A stretch of 64,000 nucleotides of DNA from assembly GCA_002104905.1 (NCBI GenBank), contig MCFE01000453.1, positions 1 through 64,000 on the forward strand, given 5' to 3'. The translations under genes and the position numbers were made by a program. Positions within the stretch are counted from its first letter, which is position 1, and each line of letters begins with the position of its first letter. Source of the DNA: Basidiobolus meristosporus CBS 931.73. Lineage: Eukaryota > Fungi > Basidiobolomycota. The notes below the pieces were generated by a model. It saw only the letters and a program-made list of their open reading frames with translations, made no database searches and was not told the origin of the DNA. This document shows, piece after piece, positions 38,811-50,819 of the stretch.

Positions 38811-39092
38811 ATCTTAGTTACAATGTTAAGTGTCTGCTGGCCTGGGCTAGATGGTATGTAGTTAGGCTCTTTGGCTTACGCCTGTACGCACAATGTACTT
38901 CGATTACTTGTTGCTTAACAGAGCATGGGATTACCACCTATGGACAGCTTTTTAGCCATCATACTCGCTTTGCAAGCGGTTCATCATATTTCTCAGACTA
39001 GAGTTTATTTCATAAATAATTGATTGAATATCCATAGATTCACAAACAAGGAATTGAATTCTACCAATTAATCGTGACGCACAAGTTCCGTC

Positions 39093-40712
39093 TTAGCATG
39101 GCACGGCCTCAATGATCGATGAAAAGGCCCGCAGCTGCCAGACTCTACTAAACCTGAACCCTGAGGATTGAAAAAGATATTTGAACTCCTTTTCGGTACG
39201 CTCCTTAGCCAAGTAGGTTGCTCCCATCATAAGATCCATTTGATTCGCTATGCGATCACTGGTATTGGCATCTCTCGACATAACAATATCTGCTATCAGC
39301 AGTAGTCCGTTTGGAGGGATAGCTGCTCTGACACACTTAAGTATCTGAATTGACTGCTCGTCAGTCCAGTCATGAAGAATCCATCTCATGAAGTATACAT
39401 CCGCACCTGGACAAACTGATTTGAAGAAGTCGCCTGGAAATAGGGGCGTTAGTGGGTGTAGACAAGCAAAAGCATTGGCTGGTAATACCCGGCTGAAAGG
39501 TGACACGATCCAGCAGCTCGGGGTGGTTTTTTTCCCATGCCTACATCAGTCAGCATTAGTCTTGGGGAGAAGTCAAGAAGGAAACGAGAGCAGTGTATGT
39601 ACCGGTTTCGCCTGCTCAATCACGGCCTCTCTGTCGAAGAGCTTCCCCCGAAGCTCAGTGCGGTTTTTGAGAAGGTAGCGCAGAAATCCACCAGTGCCAC
39701 CACCGATATCTGCAACCGTTTGGCCATTGTGACGACTCCAGTCGTAGTCTGAGTGGTGGATGGAATGTTAGCATGGCTGGCCAAGTGATGATCACCAGGT
39801 ATATCATTAGCAACCTTCAACCAGTCCGAAATTGGTCAGCTCAGACAACCCGATCATGGCATCCGAAAAGACTTTGACCATGTGTCTGTTCTCTGGTTTC
39901 TCGTAATGAACCCATTTGGAGTCGTCGGTATCGAAATACTCGGAGAACACTGTCCTTTTCTGATTTGGATCCAGTGCATGATGGAATTTGGTCCATACAT
40001 TGTAACTCTCGCCAGGCCTAAGGCAAAAGTTACTTAAACGTCAACATTTGGCATGCAACGTGTCTCATAGCTACCAGTATGTCACCCAACCAAGCTGGCT
40101 TCGCGGATGGCCGGAGCGAAGGAAGTCAGAGGCTCTGTTGTTGGCATAGATTCTCGATCCCACTTCGGTCTCTTGGAATAGTCCCAGCCGAATGCTGGTG
40201 CGAAGAACTCGCTCTGTGACAGGATCAGTCGGTTAGAAATGTATGGATCAGTGACCTTGCTGAGTCGTGGTTACATGAGGAGAAATAGTCATGAAGGCTA
40301 CCAAGGCCAACGAGCCAAAGATCAACTCACCAAGCATATCTGGCTTAGCATTCACTTTTTGCGCCAATTCGTCCAAGTGCAGCGGGCCATCCTGGAGTGC
40401 ATCGGCAACTCGATAATTACCCAACTCGGAAACGGCCTTGCTCTCTATGTAGGATCCGGCAATCTGGGCTATACGTGTGGTCGGAGGCAAGATCCTACTC
40501 TGCAGGTGATCCAATGAGCACGACAATTGTTGGGCTGCTTTCCAAGCTTCCAAGGATAAGTTGGACTGGTCACAGCAAGTGGTGTCAGACTCGGTGTACT
40601 GGTCGAGTTCATCCAACTTTTCGGTGACCTGAGCGATCCTCTTGCTCAGCTCTTCGAAGAGCTGTACTAATATGGCCGAAGGGTTTATTTCGGGATTTAT
40701 GGTTGGACTCAT
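39093..40712 (-). CDS. Class II O-methyltransferase, copy 4, 6 exons
   Basis: 5' half near-identical to copy 1 and 3' half near-identical to copy 3. All motifs present (DIGGGTGG, GDFF, LHDW, DLMMGATYLAKER). Confidence 0.88.
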
Positions 40713-42837
40713 CTTGGGTGTTTGCTTTGAATTGGAAGCTTTGCATTCGTCATAGAAATCAGCCGTACTTTTTATATATCTCGAGGCGAACACGTCTCCC
40801 GAAATGTTTGACTACACGGAATGGGTAATTATGGGCAATGCAGTGTGGTCTGAACGATACGACCTGAGACTTGACAATCGCACCTCTTCTCAATGAGGAT
40901 TGGGTGACTACTAGATATCCCTTGGTTTTACTGGATTATTGGGCCTTAGCTGCATAAGGGTCGCACAATGCTTGGTCCCCTTGTACTTCCTCTATTCCAC
41001 CTGCCGCCCGTTATGCAGGGTGAGCATGATTAGTCGAATACCTACTCAGCCTTGGGTGATTAACGATTGATTGATTAGTTGCTTAATTAGCTGGCTGTTA
41101 ATTCCAGCATCTGTGCTTGTCGAAGATTGCATTGCGGTACTAATCGGGCAAATAGACTGAACAACAACTTCATCTTAACTTGGAGCGTTGAAATTTGTTA
41201 AAGACTTGATCATTGCTCTGCTTTCTGGGAAAGTACTGATATGATGTTTGTGCAAGTAGCCAGGTGAAGGGTTCTAATGACTTTATTCTCCCCTCTAATG
41301 GGCGGATCTGGATACCTGCTGGTAGATTATGGTAATGTGGAATGATAGACATTCTTTGCCCAAAGAGAGACAACTTGCTATCTTATGCTTCCAAGATTGT
41401 AGAGTAGATATAACAACCCACCATACCACATGCTAACTCCGAACCTAAGCTTCTTGAATTACTGTAAACCTGAGGTACATATGTCAAAAACTGTGTCTCT
41501 GATTATCTAGCTGATAATAATTGGTGGTATCTTTTTTAGGTCTGATAGTTAATTATCTTAATCCAGGGTATGAGTTCTCCCATCAGCAGAATTTTATCAT
41601 TGCCAGTTCAGGTCATGTGTGCTACCTCATGCTAACATACACTTTGATTGTCACGGCACAAGAAAGTTCCCTCGGCGTTAGGGTTGCCACCGGCTGTACC
41701 TCGAGAAATAATGCCCTTGAATCCTCCAAAGCCTCAAATAGGTACGTTAATAGCTCTGTACTAATCGGGTCCTTGCTTTCCAACTACCACATGTGGGGAC
41801 GGAGTCGTGCAAATAACGCACCTTGATGTGGGTAAGCGCGCAATCCGGATGTTCAGGATGGGTGTTTATCAAGGCGCAATGCTTTTTGGAGTAGTCAGGC
41901 CATCAAATTAAGGTAAACACGCTCTATCTTGACTAAATAGATCGGCAAAAGAGGAAATGGTGAGATAGACTGCGGGATGCGCCCCCCAGAGATTTCGATT
42001 GTGGTACATTGGATCGATTCAGTAGAACCTAGCTAATGGCAGGCTGAATCATTGATTTCCATCCATTGAGCAAATTGGGTAATGTTATGTGGTCTGGTGT
42101 GTAGCATGGTTCCATTTTAGATGGACTTACGTAAAAGATTATCAGGCGATCGAGATCGGGGCGATCGCTCAAACCTTCATGTATTCAGACATCCTTACTA
42201 AACGGTGCCTCTGGGGAGCATGGAGGTAGGAGCATCATATTGGGTAAGCAATGCACCTCGTTTCATGCCCGGGGTCACACTGGTGACTATCCAAGGATGC
42301 CATAGGCATGATTTTGGGTGGTTTTATTGATGTTGCAATCGTCGCCCAAGCCGATACATTGTAAACCCATTTAATCTATTAAGGGATCGGCACCATATCT
42401 ATCTCGTTGGCAGCGTATATGGTGCAAGCCTCCATTCGGTTACCATCAATTTTTTAATGTAGTCACTAAGGTAGATCTGGAAGTGTTGCATCATTGATTC
42501 CTGCTTCCAGCTCTCCTCACAAGACATCATGGCGATTAGGGTAGTGGTTATATCCATATTTGTCACGGTGCCAAGGTCAAAAAACCCATCATCCCGTTAC
42601 ACTTCGCACCTACAGGGTTGAAATGATTGGCCATTATGCATTCAAACAGAGGTCTGCCGTAACCGTAAACACTATCTAGAGGCACCATGATTTGTTCCAG
42701 GTAATTGTACCAATTCGGCTCACAGATAAAACGATATCCCTGATGTTGATTGTACCGATTTTCCTATAAAGTTTATCCAGTCGACTTTTTTGGTGAAGAA
42801 TACACTACTTTTCGTCTTCTTTGGAACTCTGCGTTGA

Positions 42838-45800
42838 ATGGCGAAGCACAAATTCCCACAAGATCTTATCGCTGTTATTGATAAAGAGCTTCACATCAAG
42901 TGCAATGACAATCTTATTCCTTGCGAGAAAGAGCCAATTCATGTTCCTGGTGCTATTCAATCTCATGGCGCCCTAATGGCGCTATCGAGTACCTCCCTTC
43001 GGATTGAATACATAAGCGAAAATCTTCCCACATATTTTGGAGTCCCTCATATAACACCTCAGGATTTTTTTAATTTACGTAGCTTTAACAAGCTTGTTTC
43101 CGACTCTCATCGGGACGACTTCCGTCGACGCCTTGATTCACTCCGTGATGCTTCCAAAGTAGGCGCTGATGGGTTTGTCCTCCATTTAGATACTACTCCA
43201 TTCTGGAAATCCCCGAAGTACCAAGAAGCACTGCAGCCTCAATACAACCGCTCCCCTCCGCCCTACGACAACACTGACGGCACTCCCAGAAATCGAACCC
43301 AGCGTAGAGGCTACTTCCCTACGACTCCTAATGGTGCTTTCGACGTACAGCCGCCAACTTCTAGCTCCGCCCATACGTATTATGATTACGAGAGCTCTGA
43401 CGACGAGGAGGCCTCCGTATATGAGATCTCTTTTTATTGTAGTATGCACAAGTGTAGTAAAAACCCCAATCTTATCGTCCTCGAGTTCGAAGAGTACAAC
43501 ACTCTCTCACATCAAGCATACGACAAGTTCTTCTTTTCGATGAACTCATTGGTCCATTCCTTCGGATCGGCGAAGTCCGTACAGGAGTTGTGCACGCTGG
43601 CTGTCAAATATGTTAAAAATGTGACTGGTTACGATAGGGTCATGATGTACCAATTCGACGAAGACTGGCATGGGGTTGTAATCGGTAAGCTCCGATTAAT
43701 GATAGAGTATTGATTTTGGCTGACATTGACCTTCCAATTCAGCCGAAGAAATTGATGAAGAATCAGACGCTGAGCGCTATCTCGGCATCCACTTTCCTGC
43801 TAGTGACATACCTAAGCAGGCCAGGTAGGCGTCCTTATGTTCTTCCACCTTGCAACCCGACATTCACCTTTCTCTCTCCCATCAACGGTACACAGAGAAC
43901 TCTATCTGCTCAACAAATCTCGCTACCTTGTCAATAGAAGTGCTCCAACCTCGAGAATTCTTCAAGCAAATCGCTCCCAGGCTCCAAGCGGACCAAACTC
44001 GCGAGACATGCGAGGCCCCGGTGGTAAACAATACTCCCAGGGTTCGAGTGACAACAGCATGGCAAGACCATTAACACAGCTCCAGATACCATGCCATTCC
44101 CAGTCAATGCTTAAATCACAGCATAGAGCTGGGAGCTCACAACAAATCCCATATGGTAAGCCGGTTGATATGACTTACTGTCACTTGAGGGCCATGAGCC
44201 CCATACATTTAATTTATTTGAAGAATATGGGCGTTGAGTCTAGCATGAGTATCGGGGTCATTGTTTATGGCGTGCTTTGGGGCTTGATTTGTTGGTGAGT
44301 GCCCCTTTCTCAGTGATGATTTGTCAAGCCCATCTATTCCCCTATATCCCTACTAAGTTGCCAGTTCTGACCTTCAACTACATGTAGTCATCACTTCGAG
44401 CCGCTCCCGGTTACCTACCAGGCTCGCACAGCTTGCGCCTATCTGGGAAATATTATATCCACCCAACTGGAGAATCTGATTAACCATATTCGATTCAAAC
44501 AATGCGACCAAGTCAGGAAGCTATCCGAGGAGTATTGGGTGAAGCAGGGCCTAAAAAGACCGCCTGGAAAGAAGACGTTTTTGCCGTATCCTAATGATAG
44601 CGTGCTCAACAGCGAGATAGAGCCAGAGATGGGTGACGAAGATAAGGCAGTGCCCGCTGATGAACTGGAGCGCTTGTCAGAGAGGCGGAGCTATAGCGAA
44701 TACCCTCTAGCTAGTGGTCACGAGTCTATGAATGAGCTCAAGAGTCGCATAATGACCGAGAAATTGCGTGAAGGCTTGATTGGCAATAATGCATATTCCA
44801 CCTCCGCAGACGCCCCAGTAGAGTCTAAGCACACAACGGATGCTGATTGGGCGATGGCGTATGAGCGATTCATCCGCGCCACCGGTCCTGCCGTATGCAA
44901 GCTTGTAGGTGCGGATTACTCGTTTTTCATGATTCGTAATCGCGGGATAGCTATTCCCTCACCAGCGTTCATTCCTGATCCATGGGCATTGGAGAGATAC
45001 GTAAATTACATCAAAGCCGCTGAGATCACGGACATTATCGTGTCGAATCACGTCTCCAAGGACTTCGAGGGGCTAAAGAGTTCAAGAGGACTTGCAGGGG
45101 TCATCCATATCCCGTTGAGCGACGACGGAAGAGACTGGATATGCTTTTGTAAGATGGAGGAAATCGCGCATGTGACCTGGGCGGTAGGCATCTCTATTCC
45201 ATGGATCATAGACCATACTACTCACCGCATTGATCAAATTATATAGGGAGAGCCGAAGAAGTTCTTGGAGCCTAGCGAGCCAACTGGTGATGGGTCAGGC
45301 CAACAGTTTCTGATGCCAAGAACCTCGTTTTCCAGATGGACTCAAATAATAGAGGGGAAGTCGCCGCAGTGGAGTCAGGTCAACCCGGAGCTGCTGTTGA
45401 CCATCAAATCGGTCTACGAAGAATCCCTGAAAACTTGGAAGAACAAAATGCTGATCATCGACAATCGTCAAGCCAGGGATAAAAACGCTGAGCTGGAGAG
45501 GGCGAAACGCATTGCTGAGGAGAGTGACAAGAAAAAAAGCATGCTGTTGGCCAATGTGTCACACGAAGGTACCCATGTTGTGAATCGGATGATTCGGTGC
45601 GAAGGTATCACTCAACCATTTTACCAAATCGATTCTAGTGCGAACCCCTTTGCATGCCATCTCGGGGGTCATCGAGTTGGTGTTGGATACGCAGCTCGAC
45701 GATGGGCAGAAGCAGATGTTGCTGGAGGCAAAGCTGGCCTCAAGTTCTTTGACATCCATTATCAACGATCTGCTCGACTTCGCTAAACTGGAGGCTGGCA

Positions 45801-47199
45801 CTCTACCGCTACATAATGTCGCCTTTAACCTGCCGAATTTGGTGAAGGAGATAGCACGCATGTATACGCAAGCGATAAAAACCAAAGGGGTTGAGTTCCA
45901 GATTCTCATAGACAGTTCTCTACCCCAGTGGATACGGGGAGACCAACAGCGGATTAAGCAGATCCTGATGAATTTCGTGAGCAACTCGTGTAAGTACACG
46001 TACCAAGGGAAGATCACTATGGATGCGGAGCTGATCACCGTCAAAGAGGATGGTAAGGTGGATATCAAGCTCCGTGTCGCTGACAGCGGGATTGGGATCC
46101 CCCGAGACAAGCAGCCACTTATCTTCGAGAAATTTGAGCAGGTTGACAACTCATTGTCTAGGGCTATAAGCGGCACTGGCCTTGGGTTGGCTATTGCTCA
46201 AACTTTATCTAAGAATATGGGTGGCAACATCGGCTTCTCCTCAGTCGAGGGAGAAGGAAGCGAGTTCTACGTGATCATCCCGTTTGAAGTTGTGGATGAT
46301 CATCACTCGGTGAACGAAAATCCCAACTCCGACGACCATGGGGAGGAGGAAGCCTTAGTAGAGGACGGGATGAAAGCAAGCGAATGGGATCCCCAGATTC
46401 CTTCTTCTTTATTCAAATCCGAAACGAAGCCGAACCCCTCGTCGACCCAGGAGAGAACCGAGCCCATCACCCCCATTGTTAAACCCACGGTGGTCAAAAA
46501 GAGGGTCAAAAAGGTCGCTACCAGTGGGTCGAGTCCACGCGCGCCCGTCAAATCTCGTACCAGGCTTGAGAGTGTACTTACGCCTACATCACCCATGTCT
46601 CCCGTTCAACTAACGAAGGATCAACTAAACAACATCTCTGACGATCCCAGCGTCCTTCTCAACGTGTTGGTGGTGGAAGATAACATTCTAAATCAGACGC
46701 TGATACTACGCATGCTGCAAAAGCTGAAGTACAACGTGGATGTCGCGAACAATGGTAAGGAGGCAGTGGATCTGTACAAGAAGAAAAACCAGAACGGATT
46801 ACCCGCTTCGGTTAACTCGAAGAGCGGTTTGTCGGCGGATATGTTCGACGTGATACTCATGGACTTGCAAATGCCGGTCATGGTAAGTTCATCCCCATCA
46901 ACAGGGCGGTTCCTTTTGCTTCACTGTGGATACTGACCTCCATTTGTTAGGATGGTTTCGAGGCCACCTTTAATATATTGAATTTCCAATCTACCCATCC
47001 GCCTATGCAAGGCCGTCATGTGGCACCTATCATTGCGGTTACAGCTCAAGCCATGAGGGGTGACAGAGAACTGTGCCTTAGCAAGGGCATGAAAGGGTAT
47101 ATTAGCAAACCTATTGATTTCAAACTCTTCCGGGAGACTCTAGATGACATCAAAAAAGAGAAAATCAAGAACCTACAGAGCGTCGATATCACTCTTTAG
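42838..47199 (+). CDS. Phytochrome-type hybrid histidine kinase (PAS-GAF-PHY-HisKA-HATPase-REC), 7 exons
   Basis: C29[15 protein letters not shown], [45 protein letters not shown], tongue WAG and PRTSF, H-box ANVSHEVRTPL, GTGLGL, receiver VILMDLQMP. Inferred introns 43685-43742, 43825-43895, 44295-44387, 45184-45246, 45569-45638, 46883-46950. Confidence 0.92.
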
Positions 47200-48120
47200 G
47201 TAGCAAGATTTCTCGTCAATGCCGGTGTAGCCCATCTTAGATATCTGCCCACATCCCCGCACAATCCATCACAACACGATCATGCATGCCAGTATGACGC
47301 CTGAAAATACTGGCATATCACCAGGAATGTTTAATTATAGCTTTAGAGGGACTGGCGTTAATATATGTTGCCAGCCGGATTACGCTTCATTGGTCAATTC
47401 ATCGCGCCGCCCAAGGTTGATGTTTTTACCCCTGAAATTCTTACCGTTATGTAAATAAACCCACCACTGTGAAGGGCTGATAATGAGCTTGCAATGAAAA
47501 TCGCCTTCTCAGTTGCCGAACACCGCTGGTGTCTATTTGTCGGCGGTGATGGCTGCATCCATTCCTATCCCAAACCAAAATTCCCCCCTCCCGTCGTCAA
47601 CAAAGAATGGGCCATGCTACCAGCAGCATTGGCCAAGTTTGAGGCATGTCTGGACAAGCACAAGTCCTCCGTATGTTTATGGAAGCTTCTGCATCATCAT
47701 TATATCATCGCACAATTGTCTCCTATGGGTTCTATTCTCCCTTCCAATTTCTTAGTATGATAAAACGGCCGTCAGCTGCTGACAAGCCATATCCGAGTCA
47801 TGCACACCAAATTCTCCCCTATAATTTGCGCTTAACTAGGGTTTTTACCGCCCCCCTTCATTGTCTGATATTTTTCAGTTTACCATTACTCTCTCCTTTA
47901 CCCACTCTCACCATACGCTTCCCACATATAATGTGGATCAAAAGTGACGTTGCTTCTGACCTATCTACCACTATATATGCCCATACTTGCCGTAGCAATA
48001 GTTTGGGGAGTTTCTGAAGTGCTTTGGAAAACTCGATGATTCCATGGCATCCGGGCAGTTTGTTGAGCCAAAAACTTTGACATTGTTGTGATGTTTTTCA
48101 TTGAATCAGTGGAAATATTA

Positions 48121-48393
48121 CTAGTGGAACTGATCAGTGATAAAAGTCAAAGTACAAGTTCTCTTGACTGGTATCCCTTTAACGGATAGCAATGAAATAC
48201 TTAATAGAATCCCCCAGGAAGTTCCATCGAAGCTTTGAGCCTCATTGAATACGCTTGAGCTTCCACTATTTGCAGGAATTACCCTATGAGAAATCTCATG
48301 CTTGGAATTCATCCAATAATCTGCTAGTATTTGCTGGCATTCATCTAACATTTTTCCTTCAAATTTTTTGTTGTAAATCATTAAGTGGTGCAT
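48121..48393 (-). mobile_element. Probable hAT transposase C-terminal dimerisation-domain remnant
   Basis: ILADYWMNSKHE...VIPANSGSSSVFNEA resembles the hAT consensus (W)W...P.L...IPATSxxSERxFS. CpG-depleted context. Confidence 0.45.
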
Positions 48394-48929
48394 TACTTCT
48401 TACCAAATTTGGTATGAATACTATTTAGTCTAGCCACATTCTAGAAAATATGTCTTTGTGCCTGCCAAATAGCTAGAACCTGAGATATGGAGAGTTGTAA
48501 GTTTAGAGGAACTTGGAAACCTGCTGGCCTTCAACTAATTCTGTTTCTCAGGGTTAGTTAAACCTCATCACAATTATTTTGTTCATGGTAGCACATTATG
48601 CTCAAGTCCTTACCAAATATGTCTACAGGAATGCACTTGTGATTGCTTACACAGTCTGCTTATACTTCAACTGCAAGAGTGCAGCATCTTGACCCAGTCC
48701 AACTTAAAGCAAATCTACCAGCATTTGCCAGGTAGCTAAATAGATGTATGTCTGATAGAACTATCTAAGCTGCATCAATATTCAAGGTTACATCTATGCA
48801 CATAATAGAATATCAACACTATGAGAAATAATTTGATCCCACAGGTGGATCTAATTCAGATCAGCCATCAGGATTTTATGACAAGGCCATCATAATGCAA
48901 GTAGCTTAAAATTCTTTACCTACTTGACA

Positions 48930-50595
48930 ACTCTGTGGCAGGACTCATGACAGTGTCATGCTGTCTTTACTGCAAAATATAGTACTAGACTTGACAGTGT
49001 TTTGATGGTCTTTCTGCAGGGCTTGCATGGTATTGAGGTGGTCCTAATGCTGTCTACACTTATTTGTACAGACCTAACTGGCCATTACATGCAGTAGCCT
49101 TATATGGTAAGATACCTGAGAGTGTTTTGATGGTCATTACATAAACCTCCAGTGGCATAATCATGGCAGTGTTGTAAGAATTTGTAATTCCACCTTTAAA
49201 GTCACCTAACTTTGTCACTAAGATCTATACCTTAAAGTCTTCAAGAATTCTGACCAAATTCCTTGCTGGGATCTAATTGGATTATTTTCACCAAAACATT
49301 AGGAGCCCAAAATATGAGTATTCTCAAAGCTGTCCAAATAGTCCTAGACTTTACATTCATGCTCTTTGGACCCTCTCAATATTTTCTACATGCTTGCACT
49401 ACCAAGACCCTATAAAATTATCAATACCACTTTTAGATGCAATAAATTATTAAGTAAAAACTACATAATCTAATTTTCCCCTCTATTGCTTCCAATATCT
49501 CCATAACTCTTACAGCAGGCAGTATTACTACCCACAGCTAGTTTTATATACTGCTACCATACCAATTTAACAAATTGTTTCTCATTGTCTATCTCCCCTT
49601 GTGCTACTCATATATTCAGCTACAGAATCACACCAGTTGACTTGTCTACCCACTACTACATTGGGTATTCAGCATGTAGTTTAAATCATAAGAGCTATGG
49701 CTGCCTGCTTACTAACCACTACACACTGAGATACCTTCAATGTGGCTGTTACAATGCTAGCAGCTTGAAATTTCTGATCTTCTTCACAATATTTTAGCAG
49801 CATTGTGACAGTGTTTTGCTGTTTTTACTGCTAAATAAAGTAATAAGCTTGATAGTGCTTTAATAGTCTTTTTGCAATGACTTGCATGTCATCAAGACAG
49901 TCTTAGTATGATCAACATATATTTGAGCAGACCTAACTTGTCAAAACATTCAGTTACCTGAAATGGTAAAGACCCTGTTGAGGTTTTGAGGGCCTCTGTG
50001 CAGACTGCTGCTGGAGTTGTCACAGCAGCATGGTGGTCTACAGCTAGTCCTGTATAATGCTACTGTACAAATACCCCAAATAGTATTCATATCACTGCCA
50101 CCCCATGTACAATTCATATGCTCAACATTAAAATCATGCTTCTTTATTTGCCTAACCACTACTGCCATGTGTATTACACATAAAGATTCTATATAAAAAT
50201 ACCTGGGATGATCCCATTGTAGTGGGGTCATAGTGCCACCCACTGATTGATGTGCTCATTCCGATAATTTCTACTACCCTTATTTCAGTTTTATCCCATT
50301 TGTCTTATTTGATCAGTACTATCCCATAAGCTAGCTGACTATCACACCTACTGATCTTATAACAAACATTATTCCTCACTTTATGTATATATGTATGAGG
50401 GCAGCCTACAGCTAGTACTGTATTATGCAACCATACCAATTTACCAATTGGTATTTCATTTTGCTACCTCATCTTTTGCAATTCATATATACCATTGTTA
50501 TATCACCCCAATTTATTTTATTACTCACTACTACCATGGCTACTCCACATATAGTTTGAATCAAAAAAAACTTTGGCCTCCTACTTACTAACCTC
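48930..50595. repeat. Degenerate direct repeats in TE debris (~48930-49090 vs ~49800-49945; ~49530-49720 vs ~50405-50595)
   Basis: Visible colinear similarity (gacagtgt..tgctgt.tttactgc.aaata; cagctagt...accataccaattta...cttactaacc). Family not identified. Confidence 0.5.
49170..49517 (+). mobile_element. Solo Copia LTR with perfect 5-bp target-site duplication GGCAG
   Basis: TGTTGTAAG...CTTACAGCA, 348 bp, flanked by GGCAG at 49165-49169 and 49518-49522. Confidence 0.85.
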
Positions 50596-50819
50596 TACAT
50601 ACATGCACACCTGTTGCAATTGACACACTTCTATAACCTCAACTTTACAGCTTTTCAGTGTGCTACTTGTAAAGTTGCTATATACCTTATATTTCCGGTA
50701 ACACATACATGTTGCAAACACATATACTGATGCTGCCACTTTTGCCATGAATACCTCTTGAATATCTGCAAGATACATTTTGGTACTTGGCCAATATATT
50801 TCTTTTCCCTTTGGGATTC

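Noticed and set aside
28063-40712. Secondary-metabolite biosynthetic gene cluster interpretation of the OMT array
   Set aside because: No PKS, NRPS, terpene synthase, transporter or cluster-type regulator is present in the window.
47200-47310. Open frame continuing after the phytochrome TAG (possible readthrough)
   Set aside because: Only about 35 codons with no motif. This is expected by chance.
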